Shown here: positions 1 through 7,654 of the stretch, piece after piece
Numbering within the stretch: the first letter of the stretch is position 1
Layout of the letters: every line of letters starts with the position of its first letter
Notes under the pieces: generated by a model
Told to the model about the DNA's origin: nothing
The model's input: only the letters and a program-made list of their open reading frames with translations
Databases searched by the model: none
From: Candidatus Nomurabacteria bacterium RIFCSPHIGHO2_01_FULL_37_25
Lineage (GTDB): Bacteria; Patescibacteriota; Minisyncoccia; Phycocordibacterales; UBA9973
DNA: 64,000 nt
Assembly: GCA_001786765.1 (NCBI GenBank)
Contig: MFTH01000013.1
Coordinates: 19,974-83,973 of the forward strand
Direction: 5' to 3'
Position numbers and translations under genes: made by a program

Positions 1-294
1 ATTTTATTATTTAAAGATATGGAAAACAATAATAGGGAAAAGGAGGGTTCTTTTGAAGAAAATATTCTAGATGAGGACACACTTCCTGATGAAGCTCTAG
101 AGAAGTTGCAAGACAGAGAATTCTTAAATGCTGCGCTGAAAAAACTATCTCCGAATGAAAATGAAATCTTAGTACTATACTATCAGGAAGAAATGACATT
201 TAACCAAATAAGTAAGATTTTAAATAAAAGTTTAAATACGGTAAAAAGCCAGCGCCACAGGGCGCTTATTAAATTAAGAAAAATACTAAATTAG
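1..294 (+). CDS. RNA polymerase sigma factor, ECF-type, C-terminal part (sigma-70 region 4); probably truncated at the window start
   Basis: Translation ends ...LNAALKKLSPNENEILVLYYQEEMTFNQISKILNKSLNTVKSQRHRALIKLRKILN, a typical sigma-70 region 4 helix-turn-helix, preceded by an acidic linker. The reading frame is open back to base 1, so the N-terminal region 2 is probably upstream of the window. Confidence 0.6.
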   Translation: MLLFKDMENNNREKEGSFEENILDEDTLPDEALEKLQDREFLNAALKKLSPNENEILVLYYQEEMTFNQISKILNKSLNTVKSQRHRALIKLRKILN

Positions 295-377
295 TTTTGC
301 ACCAAAATTAACAAAACTATCGTATATATCTGTGAGCTGAATTTTTTGTTATTCGACCTTAATTCCAGCTCTTAAAT

Positions 378-417
378 AAGAAGATGCGCCAAAATGCATC
401 TTCTTATCGTATATAAT
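378..417 (+). promoter_or_regulatory. Perfect 10-bp hairpin (aagaagatgc/gcatcttctt) followed by a TATAAT -10 box 6 nt before the next ATG
   Basis: Seen directly: stem 378-387 pairs with 396-405; TATAAT at 412-417; ATG at 424, which suggests a leaderless or near-leaderless transcript. The direct repeat TATCGTATATA occurs at about 318 and about 405. Confidence 0.35.
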
Positions 418-423
418 ACGAGC

Positions 424-837
424 ATGAAAGATATCAAGGAAAATCTCAAGAATGCTTTTTTAAAAGGGAGCTTGCTTCCAGAAGCTAATTTGGCTGACGA
501 CATATGGAAGGCAGTAATCAAGCGCAATCAGCGAATTGTTTATTCCAAACTAATAACTTTATCTCTGACAGGATTTGTGTCTCTCTATAGCTTGGCGCCC
601 GCTTTCAGAATGTTAGCTTTGGATTTTTCTCAATCTGGGTTTTATGAATATTTATCTCTCACATTTTCAAGTGGTGGATCGATAGTTGCTTATTGGAAAG
701 ATTTCCTTTTATTGCTAGCTGAATCATTGCCTGTCATGAGTATTCTTTTATTCTTAATGTTAGTTTTTGTTTTCTTCTTATCACTCAAATACGCAATAAA
801 GCAAATTGTTAAAGGTCAATTGTCATTATCATTATAA
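424..837 (+). CDS. Putative anti-sigma factor / single-pass membrane protein
   Basis: Lies immediately downstream of the sigma gene. The N-terminal roughly 45 aa are soluble (MKDIKENLKNAFLKGSLLPEANLADDIWKAV...), followed by TM helices. Function is inferred from position and topology only. Confidence 0.35.
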   Translation: MKDIKENLKNAFLKGSLLPEANLADDIWKAVIKRNQRIVYSKLITLSLTGFVSLYSLAPAFRMLALDFSQSGFYEYLSLTFSSGGSIVAYWKDFLLLLAESLPVMSILLFLMLVFVFFLSLKYAIKQIVKGQLSLSL

Positions 838-848
838 AAAATAAAAAT

Positions 849-1346
849 ATGAAAAAAATATACGAGAATATAAAAAAGGTTTTTGAAGGAAAAATTTCAT
901 TTAGAATTTTGTGCGGACTTGGGATTATCATCGTTGCCTTGTTGATTTTTTCTGCCGGAATTAGAATTGGTTTTCAAAAAGCGTCTTTTGGACGCGCTTG
1001 GGGAGAACATTATAATGAAAATTTTGGCATGGGAAAGCGCAAAACAAATGAACGTATGGGTGATATGAGAAGAATCGGAGTGATGGACTATTTTCCGAAT
1101 GCTCATGGAGCGACGGGTAAAATCATAAAAATTGAATTGCCAAATGTAATAGTACAAGATAAAGATAACATAGAAAAAATACTAATAATAAACACTGACA
1201 CAAAAATACAAAAAGGAAGAGAAGTAATGTTAACAGCCGATTTAAAAATGGATGATTTCGTTGTTGTGATAGGAACACCTAATGATAAGGGTGTCATAGA
1301 AGCCAAATTTATTCGTGTAATACCATATCCAGAATTCTTAAAATAA
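849..1346 (+). CDS. Hypothetical N-terminally membrane-anchored protein
   Basis: ORF of 165 aa with one N-terminal TM helix (ILCGLGIIIVALLIFSAGI) and a small beta-rich C-terminal domain. No recognisable motif. Confidence 0.4.
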   Translation: MKKIYENIKKVFEGKISFRILCGLGIIIVALLIFSAGIRIGFQKASFGRAWGEHYNENFGMGKRKTNERMGDMRRIGVMDYFPNAHGATGKIIKIELPNVIVQDKDNIEKILIINTDTKIQKGREVMLTADLKMDDFVVVIGTPNDKGVIEAKFIRVIPYPEFLK

Positions 1347-1354
1347 TAAAACTG

Positions 1355-3055
1355 ATGAAAAAAATTACAAAAAAAATAAAGTCATATTTTCTCGCCCATA
1401 AAATAATCAGCGTTGTTGTTTTATTTGCTGTTTTGGGTGGCGGATATTGGGGATATAATAAATTTACAAGCGCCGCTCTCGACACTCGTTACATAACAGC
1501 CAAGGTGGAAAGGGGTACGATTATAGCTTCCATATCAGGTAGTGGTCAGGTTTCTAGTTTAAATCAAATAGATATTAAATCTGCGGTTTCTGGGAATGTT
1601 GTTTACATAACAGCGCAAAATGGTCAGAAAATAAGCGCTGGAGGGTTAATCGCGAAGCTTGATGACAGTGATGTTCAAAAATCCATACGTGATGCGGAAA
1701 TAAATTTAGAATCTTCCCAAATTTCTCTAGAGAAATTTAAAATTCAAAACTCAAAAGAAAACATCGACGCAGATTTAGCAAAAAGTTATGATGATGGTTT
1801 TAATGCTGTTTCAAATGTATTTCTGGACTTGCCGGGAATTATGACAGGTCTTAACGATATGTTTTTTAAAGATAATATAACAATAAGCCAATGGAATGTG
1901 GACTGGTATGAGGGACAAGTTACAAGCGAAGATCGTGAAAAAACAACATACCTAAAAAAAAGTTTTATAGATTCTTATCATAAAGCGAAAAATGCGTATG
2001 ATAAAAACTTTGATGATTATAAAATCATTTCCCGAAACTCAAATAGCGCAACCATTGAAAACTTAATAACACAGTCTTATGAGACGACTAAACTCATCTC
2101 TGATGTCACAAAAAACGCAAACAATTATATTGATTTTGTTAACAGTTCAATACAAAAAAATAATTCTGATACTCCAGCCATAATAAATACACACAAAACA
2201 AGCTTGAGTAACTATACTTCTAAAACCAATTCTCACTTGGTTAGCCTTCTGTCTATTAAAACAAACATCAAAGACAATAAAGATGCTTTTCCTAATGCTG
2301 ACCTCGACCTACGTTCTGCTGAACTATCTTTGAAACAAAAAGAAATTGCATTGCAGGATATAAAAGACAAATTAGCAGATTACTTTATTCGCGCGCCATT
2401 TGAAGGCACCATAGCAAAAGTTGATATTAAAAAATCAGATATAGTGAACTCTGGCGCAGTAGTAGCCACCCTTATCACAAAAAAGCAATTAGCTGAAATT
2501 TCACTTAATGAAGTTGATGTGGCAAAAGTAAAAATCGGGCAGAAAGCCACGCTTACTTTTGATGCTGTTCCAGACCTCGCTATTTCTGGAATTGTGGCAG
2601 ATATTGACGCTATCGGTACTGTCTCTCAAGGAGTTGTAACTTACATTGTAAAAATAAGTTTTGACACACAAGACGAAAAAATAAAACCGGGAATGAGCGT
2701 AAGTGGAAATATTATAACAGATACGAAACAAGACGTGCTTATTGCGCCAAATAGCGCTATAAAATCTCAAGCTGGAAAGAGTTATGTTGAAAACTTTGAT
2801 ATGCCATTAGCGCCATTTGCCACTGAAACAATAGGCTTCACTACTAAAATTACACCAAATAAAATTCCAGTGGAAATTGGTTTGTCAAATGACTCGCGAA
2901 GTGAAATTATTTCAGGTGTTAATGAGGGTGATGAAATAATCATAAGAACAATACTGCCTACAACTACCACAACAACAGCGCCGAGTATTTTTGGCGCGGG
3001 AGCGGGAGGAAACAGAGGAACTGGTGGCGGAGGGGTGAGAATACAAGCGCGTTAA
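1355..3055 (+). CDS. HlyD/MacA-family periplasmic adaptor (membrane fusion protein), unusually long with a Thr/Gly-rich tail
   Basis: N-terminal TM helix, coiled-coil-rich middle and a beta-barrel-like C-terminal region (…IRAPFEGTIAKVDIK…). It is directly followed by MacB-like ATPase and FtsX permease genes. The C-terminus is TTTTTTAPSIFGAGAGGNRGTGGGG. Confidence 0.6.
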   Translation: MKKITKKIKSYFLAHKIISVVVLFAVLGGGYWGYNKFTSAALDTRYITAKVERGTIIASISGSGQVSSLNQIDIKSAVSGNVVYITAQNGQKISAGGLIAKLDDSDVQKSIRDAEINLESSQISLEKFKIQNSKENIDADLAKSYDDGFNAVSNVFLDLPGIMTGLNDMFFKDNITISQWNVDWYEGQVTSEDREKTTYLKKSFIDSYHKAKNAYDKNFDDYKIISRNSNSATIENLITQSYETTKLISDVTKNANNYIDFVNSSIQKNNSDTPAIINTHKTSLSNYTSKTNSHLVSLLSIKTNIKDNKDAFPNADLDLRSAELSLKQKEIALQDIKDKLADYFIRAPFEGTIAKVDIKKSDIVNSGAVVATLITKKQLAEISLNEVDVAKVKIGQKATLTFDAVPDLAISGIVADIDAIGTVSQGVVTYIVKISFDTQDEKIKPGMSVSGNIITDTKQDVLIAPNSAIKSQAGKSYVENFDMPLAPFATETIGFTTKITPNKIPVEIGLSNDSRSEIISGVNEGDEIIIRTILPTTTTTTAPSIFGAGAGGNRGTGGGGVRIQAR

Positions 3056-3067
3056 TTTTAATAACAG

Positions 3068-3769
3068 ATGATTGAAATAAAAAACATTACAAAAACGTAC
3101 AAAACGGGAGATGTTGAGTTTAACGCTTTAGACAATATTTCTTTTACCATCAATGATGGAGAATTTGTGGCTATTATGGGACCTTCGGGATCCGGCAAAT
3201 CAACCTTAATGCATATTTTAGGAGCGTTAGATAATCCAACTTCCGGAACATACTTGCTAGACGAAAAAGATGTGTCAACTTTATCAGATGACGCGCTCGC
3301 AGACATTCGTAAAGATAAAATCGGCTTCGTTTTCCAAGCTTTTAATTTATTGCCGAGAACAACTGTCTTGCGCAATGTGATGTTGCCTTTGGTCTATGCC
3401 GGTGTGCATGGCGCCGAGCGAATTGCGCGAGCTAGAACTGCTCTTTTGTCCGCGGGTCTTGATGAAAATCATTTTCAGCACATGTCTAATCAAATTTCAG
3501 GGGGTCAAATCCAGCGTGTAGCAATAGCTCGAGCTCTGGTAAACAATCCATCACTTATCTTGGCTGATGAACCGACAGGAAATTTGGATTCAAAAACGGG
3601 AGAAATTGTTATGGGAACTTTCCAAAAGTTAAATAAAGAATTAGGCCGCACCATAATTCTGATAACCCACGAACAAGAAATTGCAGAACATGCTGATAGG
3701 ATTCTTTTTATCAAAGATGGAATGCTTCTTGAAGACAGAACTATTAGAAAATCAACTCCCAGATTCTAG
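3068..3769 (+). CDS. ABC transporter ATP-binding protein, MacB/LolD family
   Basis: Walker A GPSGSGKST, signature LSGGQIQRVAIARAL, Walker B ILADEPTGNLD. Confidence 0.9.
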   Translation: MIEIKNITKTYKTGDVEFNALDNISFTINDGEFVAIMGPSGSGKSTLMHILGALDNPTSGTYLLDEKDVSTLSDDALADIRKDKIGFVFQAFNLLPRTTVLRNVMLPLVYAGVHGAERIARARTALLSAGLDENHFQHMSNQISGGQIQRVAIARALVNNPSLILADEPTGNLDSKTGEIVMGTFQKLNKELGRTIILITHEQEIAEHADRILFIKDGMLLEDRTIRKSTPRF

Positions 3770-3794
3770 AAAAAATTATTAGAAAATAAATTCA

Positions 3795-5012
3795 ATGAAA
3801 ATACAAGACATACTTAGTGAAACATATGGAGCTCTCTCTGCCAACAAAGCGCGTTCTGGTCTTACTATGCTAGGTATCGTTATAGGTATCGCTTCTGTTA
3901 TTGCCATGATTTCTATAGGCAACGGGGCTAAAGCGTCTATCCAATCAAGTATTGAAGGGCTCGGCTCAAATCTTTTGACTATTCTTCCGGGGATAGTCCA
4001 GCCCGGGAGAGGCATAGTTTCTTCTGGGCGTGGAGCGGCCCAAACATTGAAAAATGAAGACATTGACATTGTCAAAGCTATAGATGGAGTCGTAGCTGTT
4101 TCGCCAGAAGTCTCAAGCAGGTTTCAAATAATAGCATCAGGCAATAACACAAATACGACTATCACTGGAGTTATGCCGGATTACTTAATCGTGCGTAATA
4201 TAACTCTCTCAAATGGGAACTTCATCTCTGATGGAAATCAGAGAAACATCGGCAGGCAAGCAGTCTTAGGAGCGACCGTGGCGACTGACTTATTTCCTGA
4301 CCAAGATTCTGAAAATCTCTTGGGCAAAACCATCCGCATCAATAAAGTTAATTTTACTGTAATTGGAATATTGGTCGCAAAGGGCGGAACTGGATTTTCC
4401 AGTCCTGATAATATGGTTTTTGTTCCCCTCTCCACAATGCAAAAAATTCTCTCGGGAATGGATTATCTTTCTATGATGGCAGTATCTGTATCTGATAAAA
4501 ATAAAATGGCAGAAGTTAAAGATATGATAACTAATGCATTGCTGGAAAAACATAATGTAGCTGAAGCGGATTTTTCAATAATTTCACAAGAAGATATTTT
4601 AGGAACCCTAACTACCGTGATAGACACTTTTACTCTTTTCCTCGCGGCTATCGCTTCAATCTCACTTTTGGTTGGCGGAATAGGCATCATGAATATGATG
4701 CTGACAACTGTAACCGAACGCACTAAAGAAATCGGACTGCGAAAAGCAATCGGGGCAAAAAGAAAAGATATAAATCTGCAATTTCTTTCGGAAGCGGTAA
4801 TGCTAACATTTATCGGTGGATTTTTGGGAATTATTTTGGGATGGCTTATATCTTTTATAGTGACCTCGACCGGAATTCTCGCCACACAAGTCTCTCTCTC
4901 CTCTGTTCTCTTAGCCTTTGGTGTATCAGCAGGTATAGGTATTATATTTGGATACTACCCTGCCCGCCGAGCGGGTATGTTAAATCCAATTGACGCACTC
5001 CGCTATGAGTAA
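3795..5012 (+). CDS. ABC transporter permease, FtsX/MacB family
   Basis: N-terminal TM helix, large periplasmic domain and a C-terminal four-helix FtsX-like domain (…LTTVTERTKEIGLRKAIGAKRKDI…). Operon with the ATPase gene. Confidence 0.85.
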   Translation: MKIQDILSETYGALSANKARSGLTMLGIVIGIASVIAMISIGNGAKASIQSSIEGLGSNLLTILPGIVQPGRGIVSSGRGAAQTLKNEDIDIVKAIDGVVAVSPEVSSRFQIIASGNNTNTTITGVMPDYLIVRNITLSNGNFISDGNQRNIGRQAVLGATVATDLFPDQDSENLLGKTIRINKVNFTVIGILVAKGGTGFSSPDNMVFVPLSTMQKILSGMDYLSMMAVSVSDKNKMAEVKDMITNALLEKHNVAEADFSIISQEDILGTLTTVIDTFTLFLAAIASISLLVGGIGIMNMMLTTVTERTKEIGLRKAIGAKRKDINLQFLSEAVMLTFIGGFLGIILGWLISFIVTSTGILATQVSLSSVLLAFGVSAGIGIIFGYYPARRAGMLNPIDALRYE

Positions 5013-5030
5013 ACAATAATCCGCCTTGAC

Positions 5031-5050
5031 CAGGTCAAGGCAAGATTAGC
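5031..5050. repeat. Perfect palindrome GCCTTGACC-A-GGTCAAGGC, copy 1 of 2
   Basis: Seen directly. The same palindrome recurs at 18455-18477, both times just downstream of a + strand gene. Confidence 0.7.
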
Positions 5051-5119
5051 AAGCAAAATTAAAATTCTGTTGAATCAGCGGTGTGACTATTTTAGTATAA
5101 CTCTTTGACTTTTCCTACG

Positions 5120-5194
5120 TGGTGCTCTCGCCAAGAATCGAACTTGGATCGCCAGCTTCGCAGGCCAGCATTCTATCCGTTGAACTACGAGAGC
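5120..5194 (-). tRNA. tRNA-Arg (anticodon GCG), CCA encoded
   Basis: Reverse complement GCTCTCG-TA-GTTC-AACGGATA-GAAT-G-CTGGC-CUGCGAA-GCTGG-CGAT-CCAAG-TTCGATT-CTTGG-CGAGAGC-A-CCA folds as a cloverleaf with a perfect 7-bp acceptor stem and a TTCGATT T-loop. The anticodon loop CU-GCG-AA gives anticodon GCG. Confidence 0.75.
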
Positions 5195-5260
5195 AATATT
5201 TTACATTAGCAGTTTTTGGGTAAAAATCAAAATTGGATATTGAATGCAGGTAAGAAAAAT

Positions 5261-5289
5261 TTGACATTTGAGGCATCAAGTGTTATAAT
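5261..5289 (+). promoter_or_regulatory. Consensus sigma-70 promoter (TTGACA, 17 nt spacer, TATAAT)
   Basis: TTGACA at 5261-5266 and TATAAT at 5284-5289 with an exactly 17-nt spacer, directly upstream of the Fn3-like repeat protein gene. Confidence 0.6.
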
Positions 5290-5325
5290 GGGGGAGTGTT
5301 TAATAAGATAATTAAATTTTCAAAA

Positions 5326-6312
5326 ATGATCCTGACGGGGGCTATTATATTTAGCATCTTCCCTACTTTTGTCTATGCGCAGTATTATTATCAAAATGGA
5401 TATCCATACTATTATAGTCAACCAATCATAAGAACAATTAATGCAACTAATATAACCAGCTCCAGCGCTACTTTGAATGGTTCAGTTACTGGATATAATA
5501 TCTCTAATACTTATAACTTTAGCATGTGGTTTGAATACGGAAGGAATGCCAATTTTGGATATTCTACATTCCGTAATTCTTTTAATTCTGGGTATCCTAA
5601 TTATAGTTCAAATATTGCATCGCTTGATGCAAATACCGTATATTATTTCCGCGCCGTGGCGCAAGGTCCGCAAGGAATTATTTATGGAAATACAACTTCG
5701 TTTATAACTAGTTTCCCAACTATAACAAACATAAACACGGAAAATAATAATCTTTCAAATCCTAGTGTTACCACAAACCCCGCAACCTCAATATCAAACA
5801 GAAGTGTAAAGCTAAACTCTTTTATAATAAATTCTATAAACAATCCGTTTACCACTTGGTTCGAATGGGGAACAACTCCAGCCTTGGGAAATATAAGCCC
5901 AATGACAGCCCTTGGAGCGCTACCTTCCGCAAAGCACATAAATACCATCACAGAACTCGCTCCAGGAACTACTTATTATTTCCGCGCAGTGGCGCAAAAT
6001 CCATTTTCAAGAATCAATGGCGCTACTTTTAGCTTTACAACAAGTAATGCTATAAGCCAAATTAATGCTGTGGAAAAAACAGAAGAAAACACTACTGAGA
6101 TAAATACTAGCAAAGAAAATAAAGTTAACACAAATATCTTAGAATCTGCGGAATCTGCGTTTGGGGCAAATTTGATTGGAGCTGGCTCTTTTCTTCCAGT
6201 TAATATTTTTGGCTGGCTTCTTTTAACTATTCTTATACTCGCGCTAGTACTTCTGGCCGAATATCTTTATCATGATTTATTCGGGAAAAAATCAAAACAA
6301 AAACACTCCTAA
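5326..6312 (+). CDS. Secreted protein with a signal peptide, two tandem Fn3-like repeats and a C-terminal TM anchor
   Basis: Signal peptide MILTGAIIFSIFPTFVYA. Two copies of a module with SSATLNGSV…WFEYG…YYFRAVAQ. A C-terminal hydrophobic helix is followed by KKSKQKHS. An alternative GTG start exists at 5296. Confidence 0.6.
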   Translation: MILTGAIIFSIFPTFVYAQYYYQNGYPYYYSQPIIRTINATNITSSSATLNGSVTGYNISNTYNFSMWFEYGRNANFGYSTFRNSFNSGYPNYSSNIASLDANTVYYFRAVAQGPQGIIYGNTTSFITSFPTITNINTENNNLSNPSVTTNPATSISNRSVKLNSFIINSINNPFTTWFEWGTTPALGNISPMTALGALPSAKHINTITELAPGTTYYFRAVAQNPFSRINGATFSFTTSNAISQINAVEKTEENTTEINTSKENKVNTNILESAESAFGANLIGAGSFLPVNIFGWLLLTILILALVLLAEYLYHDLFGKKSKQKHS

Positions 6313-6336
6313 AAATCTGTGTTATATTTATACCCA

Positions 6337-7008
6337 ATGCGAATAAATAAATATCTTGCTCTTAAAAAAATCTCTACCAGACGAGGGGCGGACGAGCTAA
6401 TAAAAGGAAAAAAGGTCTTTATTAATGGCAAGCTAGCGTTACTTGGCAGTAAAGTGAATGAAAAAGATAAAATAGAAGTAAAAGGAGCGAAGCAAAAAGA
6501 ATATAAATATTTTATTTACAATAAACCAATTGGAGTAGAAACAAGCTCGCCAAAAGATGATTTATTCCCGTTAGGCAGATTAGACAAAAATTCACACGGG
6601 CTTTTGATACTCACAAATGACGGACGCATCACCGACGCTCTTTTGAATCCTAAATATTTTCACGAAAAAGAATACGTCGTTAAAACTTCTAATAAACTGC
6701 GTTCTAGTTTTAAACAAAAAATGGAAACTGGAGTAAATATTGAGGGCTTGCCCGCCTTGCATACGCAAGCAGGATATATGACCAAGCCTTGCAAGGTTAA
6801 AATTATAAATGATTTTACTTTTAGAATAACTTTGACTGAAGGAAAGAAACATCAAATCAGACGCATGTGCTCCGCGCTTTTTCAAGAAGTCGCTGACCTA
6901 AAACGTGAAAGAATTATGAATATAAAATTGGGCGATCTAAAATTGAATGCCCTTCGAGAAATAAAAGGTGAAGAATTGACTGTTTTCCTAGATCAAGTGC
7001 TTCATTAA
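6337..7008 (+). CDS. rsuA: Pseudouridine synthase, RsuA/RluB family (S4 domain plus catalytic domain)
   Basis: MRINKYLALKKISTRRGADELIKGKKVFINGK is an S4 domain. GRLDKNSHGLLILTNDG is the catalytic Asp motif. KHQIRRMC lies in the C-terminal region. An alternative GTG start exists at 6319. Confidence 0.8.
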   Translation: MRINKYLALKKISTRRGADELIKGKKVFINGKLALLGSKVNEKDKIEVKGAKQKEYKYFIYNKPIGVETSSPKDDLFPLGRLDKNSHGLLILTNDGRITDALLNPKYFHEKEYVVKTSNKLRSSFKQKMETGVNIEGLPALHTQAGYMTKPCKVKIINDFTFRITLTEGKKHQIRRMCSALFQEVADLKRERIMNIKLGDLKLNALREIKGEELTVFLDQVLH

Positions 7009-7035
7009 TCCTGTTATAGAAAAATAAAATTATGC

Positions 7036-7065
7036 TTGATAAAACGAATTCTTCTATGATATACT
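7036..7065 (+). promoter_or_regulatory. Candidate promoter (TTGATA, 18 nt spacer, TATACT) with a long 5' UTR for cspA
   Basis: Seen directly. About 110 nt of untranslated leader precede the csp ATG, as is typical for cold-shock genes. Confidence 0.4.
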
Positions 7066-7176
7066 CCCCCACACACAAAGTAGGTCGCAGATCCTGAAGG
7101 CTTGGCCTGAACGGATAAAGAAAAGAGTCGATTTCGTAGAACACTTTTGTATTTAACAATTTAATTAAAAAAATCA

Positions 7177-7377
7177 ATGACTGGCACAATAAAAAGACTT
7201 GTAACTGATAAAGGTTTCGGCTTTATTGCTGGAGAAGAACTTCCAAAAGATCTATTTTTTCACCGCAATTCTCTTGTGGACGTAAATTTTGACGAACTCA
7301 GAGAAGGTGATGCTGTTTCTTTTGAAACAGAAGAATCACCAAAGGGATTGAACGCTACAAACGTGAAGCGCGCATAA
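7177..7377 (+). CDS. cspA: Cold-shock protein, CspA family
   Basis: MTGTIKRLVTDKGFGFIAGEE…DLFFHRNSL…GDAVSFE carries the RNP1 and RNP2 motifs of the cold-shock domain. Confidence 0.9.
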   Translation: MTGTIKRLVTDKGFGFIAGEELPKDLFFHRNSLVDVNFDELREGDAVSFETEESPKGLNATNVKRA

Positions 7378-7435
7378 TTTTAGAGGTAAAATCAGAATTA
7401 TCGCTTAAAAACATCAGAGCATTCTTTCAAATAAG

Positions 7436-7465
7436 AACCATCCTTAGGGGTGGTTTTTATTTTAT
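7436..7465 (+). terminator. Rho-independent terminator after cspA
   Basis: aaccatcc-ttag-gggtggtt hairpin followed by TTTTTATTTT. Confidence 0.65.
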
Positions 7466-7654
7466 TTTCGTAATTTCAACGTTTAACAGGGGTGACTTAT
7501 ACACATTTGCTTTAATCTTCTGTACCATGTTAAAATTGTGTTTGTCGCAAACAATTAAATTAACAAATGTTTATGAGTTAGGTGGGTGGAGCTTCGGTGT
7601 GAATCCAGCCCTGTCGCGCAAAGGTTTATTTTTATTATTTTTAAGATATATGCT

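Noticed and set aside
897-1306. Antisense or embedded ORFs (for example 897-1157 -, 1103-1306 -, 2501-2770 -, 4463-4885 -, 8653-8883 -, 36090-36410 -, 53096-53464 +)
   Set aside because: They lie fully inside well-supported genes on the opposite strand or in another frame. Their composition is low-complexity and no independent signals support them.
7466-7654. Cobalamin riboswitch or NrdR box upstream of nrdA
   Set aside because: No B12-box (GCCACUG-like) core and no NrdR-box palindrome pairs were recognisable. The RNR is class Ia (B12-independent). Only a small GTTTG-TCG-CAAAC hairpin was seen.
7586-7654. N-terminal extension of nrdA from GTG at 7586 (MELRCESSPVAQRF…)
   Set aside because: The extension overlaps the cspA terminator and leader-like sequence. 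Homology to ATP-cone proteins begins at MPMLEIKKRNG (7655).
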